Positions 9,823 to 20,112 are shown, counted from the stretch's first letter. The stretch: DNA of 64,000 bases from Planctomycetota bacterium (GCA_965223545.1 OZ245006.1:3616001-3680000), one strand, 5' to 3'. Made by a program: numbers and translations. Notes: generated by a model not told the origin, from the sequence alone.

Positions 9823-11229
9823 ATGAAAACGATCACGACCCTCGCGCTCGTTGGGGCAACTCTCGGGGCGACTGCGCGCGCGCAGCAACCGTGGCAGCAG
9901 CTGCGGGATCCGGTCGCCGCCGGCTGGGACGCCGCTGCGCTCGACGCTGCGCGCGGGCTCGCCGAGGAAGCCGGTTCCGCCGCGGTCATGGCCGTGCACC
10001 GTGATCAGGTCGTCGTTGCGTGGGGTGACGTCGAGCGGCGCTTCAAGTGTCACTCGGTGCGCAAGAGCATCCTGAGCGCGCTCTACGGCATCGCGATCGA
10101 GCGCGGCCTCGTCGACGTGACGCAGTCCCTCGCCGACCTCGGCATCGACGACCTCGACCCGCTGTCGGAGACCGAGAAGTCGGCCCGGGTCGAGCATCTT
10201 CTCGCGGCACGGTCGGGCATCTATCACCCCGCCGCGAAGGAGCCCCAGGACATGAAGCGCAACCGGCCTGCCCGTCACGGTCAGCCACCGGGAGAGCGGT
10301 TCCACTACAACAACTGGGACTTCAACGCGCTCGGGGTGATCTTCAACCGCGAAACCGGAATCGACCTGTTCGCTGCGTTCGAGGACTGGCTCGCCCGTCC
10401 CCTCGGCATGCAGGACTTCCGCCGCGGGGACGGCACCTACGAGCTCGAGCCCAGCAACTCCCGCCATCCGGCCTACGCGTTTCGTCTCTCGGCGCGCGAC
10501 CTCGCCCGGTTCGGCTGGCTCTATGCGCGGTCCGGCACACTCGGCGATCGCGCCATCGTGCCGTCCACCTGGATCGCGCGCAGCACGGCGCGAGTGACGG
10601 AGTTCGACAACGGTCAGGGCTACGGCCACATGTGGTGGGTGTACCCGCAGGGCACGCTGCCCCGACTCTCCGCGCTCAACCAACACGACGTCATCGCCGC
10701 CATCGGCACCGGCGGCCAAGTCGTCATGGTCGTCGAAGGCGCCGACTTCGTCTTCGTGCACCGGGCGGACACCGACAACGACCGGAGGGTGCGCGGCGGC
10801 GACGTCTGGCAGATCGCCGACCGGATCTTCGGTGGGCGACCGAGCAGCGAGGCCAGCGCCCCCGTCGCGCTGCAGCCGATCACCGCGCAGCCACTGCCCG
10901 GCGCGCTGCCCGCCCCGCGGATGCGCGAGTCGATGGCGGTCACCGCGGCGATTCTGCAAGAGCTCGCCGGCACCTATCTGATGGGCCCCTTGGGTCGGTG
11001 CGAGGCCCACTTGCACGACGGTCGGCTGTTCGTTCGCACTCCGCTCGGCCAGGAGACCGAGCTCTTCTGCGAGGCCGAGGACCGCTGGTTCTCGCGCACC
11101 TCGAACATGACCGTGACCGTGCTGCGCGACGAGGAGGGTCGCGTCGAAGCCATGGAGCTCGAGATGATGGGCCGGCGGATCAAGGGCGAGAAAGAGCGGC
11201 CCGCATCGCCGCGTGCTCCGGTCCGGTGA
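9823..11229 (+). CDS. Secreted serine hydrolase (class C beta-lactamase/esterase family) with extra C-terminal domain
   Basis: SVRK (SxxK), LLAARSG, FHYNNWDFNALG (YxN), YGHMWW. Signal peptide ending ARAQ. Confidence 0.9.
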   Translation: MKTITTLALVGATLGATARAQQPWQQLRDPVAAGWDAAALDAARGLAEEAGSAAVMAVHRDQVVVAWGDVERRFKCHSVRKSILSALYGIAIERGLVDVTQSLADLGIDDLDPLSETEKSARVEHLLAARSGIYHPAAKEPQDMKRNRPARHGQPPGERFHYNNWDFNALGVIFNRETGIDLFAAFEDWLARPLGMQDFRRGDGTYELEPSNSRHPAYAFRLSARDLARFGWLYARSGTLGDRAIVPSTWIARSTARVTEFDNGQGYGHMWWVYPQGTLPRLSALNQHDVIAAIGTGGQVVMVVEGADFVFVHRADTDNDRRVRGGDVWQIADRIFGGRPSSEASAPVALQPITAQPLPGALPAPRMRESMAVTAAILQELAGTYLMGPLGRCEAHLHDGRLFVRTPLGQETELFCEAEDRWFSRTSNMTVTVLRDEEGRVEAMELEMMGRRIKGEKERPASPRAPVR

Positions 11230-11812
11230 GGCGCTCGAGCCGGCCGGGGTCGACCGCGGCACCCCGCTCCACCAGCAGGCGCGCCACCGCCGGCAGCCGA
11301 TCGCGATCGCCGTGCGTTCCCTCGTGCCAGGCGTGCAACGCCCACTCGAGCGGCGTGCAGTCGTACTTCTCGTCGGCGAGGCCGAGGTCCGCGCCGGCAT
11401 CGACGAGCCGCGCGCCGAGCTCCGACAGGCCCATCAGGGCAGCCCAGTGGAGCGCCGTTGCGCCGAACAGGCCGCGCCGCGCGACGTCCGCACCGGCGTC
11501 GAGCAACACCAGCCCGACGCTCTCGGCGCCGAGGCTCGCCGCGGCGATGAGAAACGTGTCGCCGCTCTCGGCGTAGTCGAGGTCGGGGTCGACGCCGGCG
11601 CCGAGCAGGACCTCGGCGAGCGCGCGCGCCCGCTCCTGGTCGACGAAGCGCCCAAAGACGGCGTCGCAGACGACGTGCAGCGGCGGGAGCCGGTGCGGGC
11701 TGCCGTGTTCGAGCCCGATCGGCTCGTGGGCGCTCTTCGGATCGGCCGCGACCAGCGCCCGCAGCGCCTCGACGTCGCCCTCACGGATCGCCTTGCCCAC
11801 CGTATCGGTCAT
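11180..11812 (-). CDS. Ankyrin repeat protein, last gene of rtcBA operon
   Basis: PPLHVV, GDTFLIAAA, GATALHWAA, TPLEWAL repeats. ATGA overlap with the rtcA stop. Confidence 0.88.
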   Translation of the reverse strand: MTDTVGKAIREGDVEALRALVAADPKSAHEPIGLEHGSPHRLPPLHVVCDAVFGRFVDQERARALAEVLLGAGVDPDLDYAESGDTFLIAAASLGAESVGLVLLDAGADVARRGLFGATALHWAALMGLSELGARLVDAGADLGLADEKYDCTPLEWALHAWHEGTHGDRDRLPAVARLLVERGAAVDPGRLERLTGPEHAAMRAALSRP

Positions 11813-12852
11813 GGACCCAGTGCATCGGCCCGCACCGTCGTGCGCCAGCGTCCCGCGCCATTCTCGGCGAAATCGATCGTGGCCCCGGTGAACGCGGCCA
11901 AAACCGCGGCGTTGGTGCGGCTGTGCTCGGTCGGCGCGACGCACGAGAACTCGCCGCCGCCGGCGAGCACCATCGGCACCAAGAGCTGGTCGGCGAGGTG
12001 CGGTCCGACCGCCGCCTGGCTGCCGAGGTAGGCCCGCGCCTCCTGCGCGGCGGCGTGCGCGACGCGCTCGGCCGCGCGGCCCTTCTGGCCGAAGCCGGTG
12101 CACACCTCAGTCACGTGCTCGCTCTCGATCTCGACGTGCACGACATTGCCGGGCCCGGCCGACAACGGCTCCTCGTGCTGGCGGAGTTGTGGCGACCAGG
12201 GGGCGAGCTTGCGGCCGAGGACGTTGAGCTCGCGCTGGGCGATGGCGATCGGGAGGTGCGCGACCGTAGCGCGGCCGCGCACCGCGATCAGACCGCCGCG
12301 GTCGAGCAGCTCGAGCGGACGCAGCGGCTGCGGCGTGACTCTCACCACGAGGCTGCCACCCCCCGCCGGATAGAACCCGGCCCGTTCGATCTCGGCGTCG
12401 ACCGACGCGCCCATCCGACGCAGCAGGGGAAGGAACGTACGGTCGAGGAAGTCGAACGGCGGCGCGAACGGGTTGTGCGTGCCACCCTCGAGCCGCACGA
12501 CGCTCGGTCCCTCGGCGATCAGCAGCGCCGGCAGCACGGTCTGCAGAACGAGCGTCGTGCTACCGGCGGTGCCGACCGCGAAGTGGTACTCTCCACCGCG
12601 AGGCGGCCCCGGCGTGAACGCCAGCGCGCGGGCGCCGAGCGCCGCGCCGGTCACCGTGCCGCGACACACCTCGGCGGCCGCGCGCACCGCGGTCAAGTGC
12701 TGGCGCATGAGGCCGGGCTTTCTGCGGCCCTGGCGGATGGCGTGCAGCGAGCACGGCTGTCCGGTGCAGATCGCCATGGCGAGCGCCGAGCGGACGATCT
12801 GTCCGCCGCCCTCGCCCTGGCTGCCGTCGATCGTGATCATGGCGCGCGTCAT
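11809..12852 (-). CDS. rtcA: RNA 3'-terminal phosphate cyclase
   Basis: IDGSQGEGGGQIVRS, RRKPGLMRQHL, GTAGSTTLVLQT, GFYPAGGG, HLADQL. Confidence 0.97.
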   Translation of the reverse strand: MTRAMITIDGSQGEGGGQIVRSALAMAICTGQPCSLHAIRQGRRKPGLMRQHLTAVRAAAEVCRGTVTGAALGARALAFTPGPPRGGEYHFAVGTAGSTTLVLQTVLPALLIAEGPSVVRLEGGTHNPFAPPFDFLDRTFLPLLRRMGASVDAEIERAGFYPAGGGSLVVRVTPQPLRPLELLDRGGLIAVRGRATVAHLPIAIAQRELNVLGRKLAPWSPQLRQHEEPLSAGPGNVVHVEIESEHVTEVCTGFGQKGRAAERVAHAAAQEARAYLGSQAAVGPHLADQLLVPMVLAGGGEFSCVAPTEHSRTNAAVLAAFTGATIDFAENGAGRWRTTVRADALGP

Positions 12853-14069
12853 CCCTTCACGCAGACGACCTGGCGCAGCGTGTGCACGATGTCCACCAGC
12901 TCGGTCTGTGCCGCCATCACCGCGTCGATGTCCTTGTAGGCCATCGGCGTCTCGTCGATCACGGCGGCGTCCTTGCGGCACTCGATGCCCTCGGTAGCGG
13001 CGATGTGGTCCTCGAGCGAGAACTGCTTCTTGGCCTTGGTACGCGACAGCCTGCGGCCCGCCCCGTGGCTGCAGGAGTGGAAGCTCTCGGCGTTGCCCTT
13101 GCCGCGCACGATGAACGACCGCGCTCCCATCGACCCGGGAATGATGCCGAGCTCGCCGGCCGCTGCGCTCACGGCGCCCTTGCGAGTCACGTACACGTCT
13201 TCGCCGTAGTGCTCCTCGCGTTGCACGTAGTTGTGGTGGCAGTTGACCGCAAGCTCGGTGGTCGTGAACGCCGGCAGCTCCTTGCTCTGCGCCATCGTCT
13301 CCAAGATCGCGGCCATCATGACGTCGCGGTTGGTCCGCGCGTACCGCTGCGCCCAGTCGACCGCGAAGACGTAGTCGTCGAAGTGCTCCGCGCCCTCCTC
13401 GAAGTAGGCCAGGTCCTTGTCGGGCAGGTTGCTCATGTGCCGCTTCATGTCCTTCTGCGCGAGCTGGATGAAGTGCATGCCGATGCGGTTGCCGACGCCG
13501 CGCGAACCGCTGTGCAGCATCACCCACACGCGATCGGCCTCGTCGAGGCAGACCTCGATGAAGTGGTTGCCCGTGCCGAGCGTGCCGAGCTGGGCGTAGT
13601 GCCGGCCTCGATCCAGCCGTGGGTGCTTGGCGATGATCTGCTCATAGCCGGGGCGCAGCTTGCGCCACACCTGCTCGACGCGCGCGGGCGGACTGGCCCA
13701 TGAGCCTCGGTCGTTGCGGCCGCCGCGATGCGTGCGACCGTGCGGCACCGCCCGCTCGATCGCGGCGCGCAGTCCCTTCAACGACTCCGGCAGGTCACTG
13801 GCGTCGAGACTGGTGCGCACCGCCATCATCCCGCAACCGATGTCGACGCCGACGGCTGCCGGGATGATCGCGCCCTTGGTCGGGATCACGCTGCCCACCG
13901 TGGCGCCGATGCCGACGTGCACGTCGGGCATGGCCGCCACCCACTTGTGGATGAACGGCAGGGAAGCGACGTTGCGCAGCTGCGCGATCGCCTCGTCCTC
14001 GGCGGGCACGCCGTGGATCCAGGCCTTGATCGGGGCGCCGTCGGTCTTGATGCGCTGGTAGTCGGTCAT
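12849..14069 (-). CDS. rtcB: RNA-splicing/repair ligase RtcB
   Basis: MPDVH, VGVDIGCGM, GTGNHFIE, LHSGSRG, HHNY, IPGSMG, SCSHGAGR, C-terminal VCVKG. Confidence 0.98.
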   Translation of the reverse strand: MTDYQRIKTDGAPIKAWIHGVPAEDEAIAQLRNVASLPFIHKWVAAMPDVHVGIGATVGSVIPTKGAIIPAAVGVDIGCGMMAVRTSLDASDLPESLKGLRAAIERAVPHGRTHRGGRNDRGSWASPPARVEQVWRKLRPGYEQIIAKHPRLDRGRHYAQLGTLGTGNHFIEVCLDEADRVWVMLHSGSRGVGNRIGMHFIQLAQKDMKRHMSNLPDKDLAYFEEGAEHFDDYVFAVDWAQRYARTNRDVMMAAILETMAQSKELPAFTTTELAVNCHHNYVQREEHYGEDVYVTRKGAVSAAAGELGIIPGSMGARSFIVRGKGNAESFHSCSHGAGRRLSRTKAKKQFSLEDHIAATEGIECRKDAAVIDETPMAYKDIDAVMAAQTELVDIVHTLRQVVCVKG

Positions 14070-14108
14070 GGTAGTGCTCGTGGTTGGTGCAGGATGCACG
14101 GGCGGTAG

Positions 14109-14124
14109 AGCAGCTGCCGTGCCG
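14109..14124 (-). promoter_or_regulatory. Sigma54 (-24/-12) promoter of rtcBA
   Basis: CGGCACG-GCAG-CTGCT on the minus strand matches TGGCACG-N4-TTGC, 40 nt upstream of rtcB. A divergent sigma54 activator is adjacent. Confidence 0.85.
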
Positions 14125-14228
14125 ACCGCCGTCGGTTTCCCCAAGTCTCGGCACGAAGGTGAGTTGGAGCCAGGCCCGCGAATGGCGAGGACAGCCCAAT
14201 CTGATCGATTTGTATAGTGTTTATCTAT

Positions 14229-15875
14229 ATGGATCATCCCCGGCCCGTGACGGTGTTCGGCTTCCTCGGCACCCAGGTAGACCAGGGCTTCCGCGAAGAC
14301 CGGTGGGAGCGCTGGCGCCCCACGGTCGCGCTTTGCCAGCACGAGGACCTGCTGGTGGAGCACTTGGTGCTGTTCTCCGAGCGCGTGCGCGACCGCAAGC
14401 TCTGCGCGCAGGTGACGGACGACATCGCCCTGGTGTCGCCGGAGACTCGGGTCGAGCGGATCGAGCTCGAGCTGCGCAACCCGTGGGACTTCGAGGAGGT
14501 GTACGAGGTCCTGCACCGGTACTGCACCGGCTTCCCGTTCGACCCCGAGCGGCACACCTACCTGCTGCACATGACCACGGGCACGCACGTGACCCAGATC
14601 TGCTCGTTCTTGCTCGCCGAGACGCGGCACTTCCCGGCCTCGCTGCTGCAGACCGTGCCGCCGGGCCGCGATGCGCGCAGCCGCGGCGCCGCCGGCAGCT
14701 ACCAGATCATCGACCTCGACCTCTCGCGCTACGACCGCATCGCGCAGCGTTTCGCCGACGAGCATGCGCAGGGCCAGGCGCTGCTCAAGTCCGGCATCGC
14801 GACGCGCAACGAGGCGTTCAACGACCAGGTGCGGCAGATCGAGCAGGTGGCGCTGGCCTCCAGCGCGCCGATCCTGCTGCTGGGACCGACCGGCGCCGGC
14901 AAGTCCCAGCTCGCGGCGCGCATCTACGCGCTCAAGAAGCAGCGCCACAAGACGGCGGAGCGGTTCGTCGAGGTCAATTGCGCCACCCTGCGCGGCGACC
15001 AGGCGATGGCGGCGCTGTTCGGCCACGTCAAGGGCGCGTTCACCGGCGCGCAGCGCGACCGGCCCGGTCTGTTGCGCACCGCCGACGGCGGCATCCTGTT
15101 CCTCGACGAGATCGGTGAGCTCGGCCTCGACGAGCAGGCGATGCTGCTGCGGGCCCTCGAAGAGGGCAAGTTCTTGCCGGTGGGCGCGGACCGTGAGGTC
15201 GAGAGTCGTTTCCAGCTGGTCGCCGGCACCAACTGCGATTTGGGCGAACGCGTCGCCGCCGGCACCTTCCGCGAAGACCTGCTAGCGCGCATCAATCTGT
15301 GGACGTTCCGTCTGCCCGGGCTGGGCGAGCGCCGCGAGGACATCGAGCCCAACGTCGACTACGAACTGGCGCAGTTCGCCGCGCGCGAGGGGCGCAAAGT
15401 CGCCTTCAGCCGCGAAGCCCGCGCGCGCTACCTCGCCTTCGCGACCGGTCCCGAAGGACACTGGCGCGGCAACTTCCGCGACCTCAACGCCAGCGTCACG
15501 CGGCTCGCCACCCTGTGCCGCGGCGGCCGCATCACGCGGACCGACGTCGACCGCGAGTTGGCGCGGCTGCGCGCAGACTGGCGGCACGCGGCTGGCCCGG
15601 CCGACGCCGCCACTGCGGATGCGGCCCTGCTGCGTGGACTCCTCGGCGACGAGGCGGTCGCGGACCTCGATCTGTTCGACGTCGTGCAGCTCGCCGAGGT
15701 CGTGCGCACGTGCCAGCGGAGCCCGACCCTCTCGGCCGCCGGGCGTATCCTGTTCGCGGCTTCGCGCCGCGCGCGCAGCAGCACGAATGACGCCGACCGC
15801 GTGCGCAAGTACCTGCGCCGATTCGGCCTCGACTTCGCGGCCGTCAACCGCGCGCCGGCGCAACCCGGCCCGTGA
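14229..15875 (+). CDS. rtcR: Sigma54-dependent RNA repair transcriptional activator RtcR
   Basis: N-terminal RWERWRPTVALCQH and LHMTTGTHV (RtcR CARF-like domain). GPTGAGKS, GAFTGA, LFLDEIG. C-terminal NDADRVRKYLRRFGL. Confidence 0.97.
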   Translation: MDHPRPVTVFGFLGTQVDQGFREDRWERWRPTVALCQHEDLLVEHLVLFSERVRDRKLCAQVTDDIALVSPETRVERIELELRNPWDFEEVYEVLHRYCTGFPFDPERHTYLLHMTTGTHVTQICSFLLAETRHFPASLLQTVPPGRDARSRGAAGSYQIIDLDLSRYDRIAQRFADEHAQGQALLKSGIATRNEAFNDQVRQIEQVALASSAPILLLGPTGAGKSQLAARIYALKKQRHKTAERFVEVNCATLRGDQAMAALFGHVKGAFTGAQRDRPGLLRTADGGILFLDEIGELGLDEQAMLLRALEEGKFLPVGADREVESRFQLVAGTNCDLGERVAAGTFREDLLARINLWTFRLPGLGERREDIEPNVDYELAQFAAREGRKVAFSREARARYLAFATGPEGHWRGNFRDLNASVTRLATLCRGGRITRTDVDRELARLRADWRHAAGPADAATADAALLRGLLGDEAVADLDLFDVVQLAEVVRTCQRSPTLSAAGRILFAASRRARSSTNDADRVRKYLRRFGLDFAAVNRAPAQPGP

Positions 15876-15921
15876 CGCCGATTTCGCGGGACGCGGCGTT
15901 CCCGAGGGCAAAATCAACACC

Positions 15922-18174
15922 ATGTTGCTGATCTGGCAAATGCTCGTGCTCGTGCTCGTTGCGCTTGCCACACCGGCATCAACGGCGCAACAGTGGGTTC
16001 GCACCGGCTCGTTCCACGCTGGCGACACGATCGCTGGAGCGTATGACGAGGGGCGCGGCCGCCTCGTGGTTCTGCGACAAGCGAACAACTCCACCGAGCT
16101 GTGGGAGTGGGATGGAGTGGCTTGGGCCCACCGAAGAGTCGCGCCGAATCCGCCGGCGGGATTCGCCGGTCAGATGGCCTACGACTCGTCCCGAGGAGTC
16201 TGTGTGTTGGTCGGCGTCGCGACGGGACAGTGGCTGCAAACCTGGACGTGGGACGGCGTCTCGTGGACCGGTCATTCCGGCCCAAGCCCTGCGCAACGCT
16301 GGCACTTCTGCCTGGCGGACGACCCGGTTCGAAGTCGCGTCGTGCTGTGCGGCGGCAGCCTCCTCCCGACCTGGAGCTCTGGGACCGCCAACGACGAAAC
16401 ATGGACTTGGGACGGAAGTGGGTGGCAACGCCAATCGGTCGACGTTCGCCCACCTCCCCGGCGTGGTGCCGGCATGGCGTTTGACGCGGCCCGCTCGGTC
16501 ATGGTTCTGTACGGCGGGGTTGGGGATAGCTTGCGCCAAGTCCACGATGATACTTGGGAGTGGGATGGGAGCACTTGGAGCCAGGCCTTCCCAAGCGCGA
16601 CACCGGGCGTCAATCGAGAGCCCGTGACGCAGATGACGTTCGACCCGGTCCGGTCGGAGACACTGCTCGTGACCATTACCAAGCCCCTGTCCGGTTCGGG
16701 GACGGCCGAGACGTGGACCTTTGACGGGAGAGCATGGCGATCCCACAACACGGGGCCGACCCTCTCGTACCACGACACGCCGCTTCTCTTGTCGGATCCA
16801 TCCGCAGGGCGCGTGTTGTCCCTCTTTCCCAGAAATCCGGGGAGCAGCCCGCCGTTTCCCGCGGAGCACGATGCGTGGCAATGGAACGGATCGGTCTGGT
16901 CACCCCTGCCGGTGGGTGGTGGACCTTCGCGACGCGTGGGCTCGGCCTTGGCCTACGACGCCGCACGCGGCGAGGTACTGCTGTTCGGGGGCGCCAACCA
17001 CGGCAACGCCCTCGACGGCACGTTCGATGATACTTGGCTCTGGGATGGACAGAGTTGGCGCGAGCACAAGGGAGCCCCGATCTTCGAACGGCGTGACGCC
17101 GCGGTTTGCTACGACTCGGCTCGGCAGAGGGTGGTCCTGTTCGGCGGCAGGGACCGCACTTGGGGCTACCCTCTGATCCCACGTGATACCCACGAGTGGG
17201 ATGGCACGCAGTGGATCACTCTGCCCGGCGGTCCGGGGAATCGCTTCGGGGCCGCCATGGCCTTCGACGAGCGCCGATCTCGGGCTGTGCTGTTCGGCGG
17301 ACAAGTGAGCCCCTACTACGGCGGCGGCGGGCTGCAGGACACGTGGGAGTGGGACGGCACCACCTGGACGCAAGCGCTGCCTGCGACCAAGCCGCCGCCC
17401 TGCACGACTCCGGCAATGGCATACGACCCGGTCCGCGGCGAGATCGTCATGGTCTGCGCTAGCACGACTTGGACCTACGACGGAGTGGATTGGTCGATGC
17501 GGCAACCGACGAGGTCACCGTCGCCTCGACCTGGCGCGGCGATGACCTACGACCCCACACGTGGAGCCGTTGTCTTCGCGGGAGGTTATGGGCAATCGAC
17601 GTTCGAACTCTGGGAGTGGAGCGGAGGCGATTGGTCCCCGAGGCAGGTTCGTGGAGGTCCGAGTACGCGTGGCGGCGCTGGCCTCGTCTTCGATCGACGG
17701 CGCCGCGAACTGTTCCTGCACGGTGGCGAAGCCAACTTGGGAACCGGGCCATTGGGAGGCACGTGGCGCCTGGGTGACCACATCATCCCGGCGGACGTCG
17801 CTATCGGCGACGCTGGCTGCTTCGGGCCGGTCGCCCGACCAGTGACTCGGCCATATGGGATCCCGACTCTTGGCAACAACGGTTTCGCGCTCGACGTGTA
17901 CGTGAGTGGCGTGAATCAGACCGGGGCCATGCTGGTGGGTTCCGCGGCCGCATCGGTCAGTCTCGGGGCCTGTGTGCTGGGCGTGGATCCCCTGCGTTCG
18001 ATCGTGTGGCCGTTCACCAGCAACACGCAGGGCTTCGCCAGCCTGCGGCTTCCGATCGGAGCCACCGCCGCGCTGGCGAGTGTGGAGCTGTACTCGCAAG
18101 CGGCGGTGCTCACCATGGGGACTGGGCTGGGAGTCACACTGACCAACGATCTTATCGTTCGCTTGGGTCACTGA
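15922..18174 (+). CDS. Secreted Kelch/galactose-oxidase-like beta-propeller protein with shared C-terminal domain
   Basis: Signal peptide ending STAQ. About 12 repeats of MAYDxxRxxxVLFGG...DTWEWDGxxW. Confidence 0.88.
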   Translation: MLLIWQMLVLVLVALATPASTAQQWVRTGSFHAGDTIAGAYDEGRGRLVVLRQANNSTELWEWDGVAWAHRRVAPNPPAGFAGQMAYDSSRGVCVLVGVATGQWLQTWTWDGVSWTGHSGPSPAQRWHFCLADDPVRSRVVLCGGSLLPTWSSGTANDETWTWDGSGWQRQSVDVRPPPRRGAGMAFDAARSVMVLYGGVGDSLRQVHDDTWEWDGSTWSQAFPSATPGVNREPVTQMTFDPVRSETLLVTITKPLSGSGTAETWTFDGRAWRSHNTGPTLSYHDTPLLLSDPSAGRVLSLFPRNPGSSPPFPAEHDAWQWNGSVWSPLPVGGGPSRRVGSALAYDAARGEVLLFGGANHGNALDGTFDDTWLWDGQSWREHKGAPIFERRDAAVCYDSARQRVVLFGGRDRTWGYPLIPRDTHEWDGTQWITLPGGPGNRFGAAMAFDERRSRAVLFGGQVSPYYGGGGLQDTWEWDGTTWTQALPATKPPPCTTPAMAYDPVRGEIVMVCASTTWTYDGVDWSMRQPTRSPSPRPGAAMTYDPTRGAVVFAGGYGQSTFELWEWSGGDWSPRQVRGGPSTRGGAGLVFDRRRRELFLHGGEANLGTGPLGGTWRLGDHIIPADVAIGDAGCFGPVARPVTRPYGIPTLGNNGFALDVYVSGVNQTGAMLVGSAAASVSLGACVLGVDPLRSIVWPFTSNTQGFASLRLPIGATAALASVELYSQAAVLTMGTGLGVTLTNDLIVRLGH

Positions 18175-18214
18175 CACCGATACAAACCACCTGCCGGGCG
18201 CGTCGCGACTCCGA

Positions 18215-18400
18215 GCGAGCATGGGGCACGGCCCCACTCAGCTGTCGCGAAAGATCTCTGCTTCCCTGAATCGGTTGCGCCATGACTGACCGTCTGCGGC
18301 TTCACGCCAAGTTCGCCCGCGAAGTCCCCATTCGTCCCAACCATCTGCTGCAAGCAAGATCATCCGAGCGCGATCAACTTGTCGATGCGGGACCAATCTA
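18215..18400 (-). pseudogene. IS630-family transposase N-terminal HTH remnant (frameshifted)
   Basis: RARMILLAADG / TNGDFAGELGVKPQTVS / WRNRFRE pieces in different frames. Limits approximate. Confidence 0.7.
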
Positions 18401-18423
18401 CGCCGCGACCACTGCGGGTCCAT

Positions 18424-20112
18424 CTAGAGCTTCTCTAAAAGCAGCGGCCGGTTCTGCACAGTCATCACTCGCCCAGGCTCCTTGACTCGCACTGCAGCCA
18501 CCGCTCGAAAACCCGAGAATACTGGCTGGACCGCCAAACCATGACTCATGCTGACCGCCGACGGATCGATCTCGATAAACGTATCAGCGCCCTCGCGCCG
18601 GAGCCTGCACACCCCACTGGTAAAAGACCGCAGACCTGAGTTGTCAAAGAATTCGTAATCCACAGACACTCTATGCGCAAGCTTCGTATTGGTTGCACTT
18701 TTGACGTGAATCCTCGCCGGCTCTCCGGCTTCAAGAAAGGCGGTCCATTCACCCGCACGCCGAATGTCCTCACCCCGGACCGAGTGACGGTAGTATCCCT
18801 TTTTGATTACCTCAAGATTGCTCGCTCCGTCGGGGACGTCACTCAACTGGTAGACCCTCTCGCCCCCTACCACAGTGCTGGGCGGAGTATACGGATCTCG
18901 CTCTTCGTACACGCTCTCCAACCAGCTGCGTGACCGGCTGAGCGTAGCTCCTTCCTTGCCCGTCCACAACACTTTGACCGCACCCGTAAGCGGGGTTCTG
19001 CTCTGCGCATCCCGCAGACGCAAGTCGAAGACCTCGCATTGCTCCAGCTGCACTACGTAGTCCTCATCCTCCAGACTGACGTCTCTCTCTACAACAGCCC
19101 GGTGAGCTTCCGCACTCGCACGCAACTCTAACGTCGACGCCCCGGCTGCAATGCCGGAGATCATAAACCGGCCGCTCTCGTCCGTCTTTGCAAGACGGTA
19201 CTCGTGCTTACCGGAGGCCGTACCGACCAAGACTTCCACGGTTGCCTCCGCAAGCAACCCAGAAACCGCGCTGATCACCGTCCCGCCAAAGGTCAGACCA
19301 GAGGCCATCGTAATCGTCCCCAGATTTTTAGTCGCGGAGCCAACATCCACACCCGATATTCGCGCAGTCATATACTGCGGATGTCTCAACACCACTTCAT
19401 AGATTCCAGCACGCAAGCCGTGTAAGCACGCACTACCAAAGGTGTCTGTTCGCGCGCTCACTGCCAGACCACCCCCGAAGAGCCGCGCACGAACATGCAT
19501 CGCCCGTGCATCATCACCACCGATCACGATTCCTTCGCCTTTGCTGGCTTCCTGTAGACAGGCCTCCACCAGCACGTCCGCTAGGCGCATCCGGTCTACG
19601 CTTTGCACAACCAGACAACATGAACTACCACGACCTAACCGGATCTCGACCCGTTCCTCGACGTCGCTGACCTCCACGACGGTTGGCACAAAAGCGGCAT
19701 GTTCGGCCAAGACCCTCAGGGGAACCACTCCCTCGAACTCCACAGGTATCTCAAGCGCGAAACCCCCATCGACATCAGTGCGCTGAACTTTCCTGTAGCT
19801 CGCGCTGCAACTCACTGCCGCGCCCTCAAGCGGCTCACCTTCAGGTGAAAGGACTGTGCCCACAATTGCTGCCGATGCACTGGCTCTTTCCCCCACGTCT
19901 TGTTGCCCGGGAGCACTCTGAGCAACTCGGCTCCTGTCACCCAGTTGTTGCGCGCCAGGCTGCCCTACTTGCGGATGCCCCATGCTGGTCTCCAACGGAG
20001 ATCCGCCTCCGTTCGGTGCACGCGCTCGCTCACCAAAGCAAATCCAACCCACTACAGTCGCGGTCGTCGCCATTGCCAACAGAAGCGCTACACGTTTTGG
20101 CCAATGAGTCAT
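18424..20112 (-). CDS. Membrane-anchored carboxypeptidase regulatory-like domain protein
   Basis: N-terminal hydrophobic helix. GTVLSPEGEPLEGAAV, TDVDGGF, TDESGRF repeats. Confidence 0.75.
   Translation of the reverse strand: MTHWPKRVALLLAMATTATVVGWICFGERARAPNGGGSPLETSMGHPQVGQPGAQQLGDRSRVAQSAPGQQDVGERASASAAIVGTVLSPEGEPLEGAAVSCSASYRKVQRTDVDGGFALEIPVEFEGVVPLRVLAEHAAFVPTVVEVSDVEERVEIRLGRGSSCCLVVQSVDRMRLADVLVEACLQEASKGEGIVIGGDDARAMHVRARLFGGGLAVSARTDTFGSACLHGLRAGIYEVVLRHPQYMTARISGVDVGSATKNLGTITMASGLTFGGTVISAVSGLLAEATVEVLVGTASGKHEYRLAKTDESGRFMISGIAAGASTLELRASAEAHRAVVERDVSLEDEDYVVQLEQCEVFDLRLRDAQSRTPLTGAVKVLWTGKEGATLSRSRSWLESVYEERDPYTPPSTVVGGERVYQLSDVPDGASNLEVIKKGYYRHSVRGEDIRRAGEWTAFLEAGEPARIHVKSATNTKLAHRVSVDYEFFDNSGLRSFTSGVCRLRREGADTFIEIDPSAVSMSHGLAVQPVFSGFRAVAAVRVKEPGRVMTVQNRPLLLEKL

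Noticed and set aside
12849..15026. 725-aa RtcB with long N-terminal extension, and 572-aa RtcA
   Set aside because: The extensions overlap rtcR or rtcB. The sigma54 promoter and ATGA overlaps support the shorter starts.
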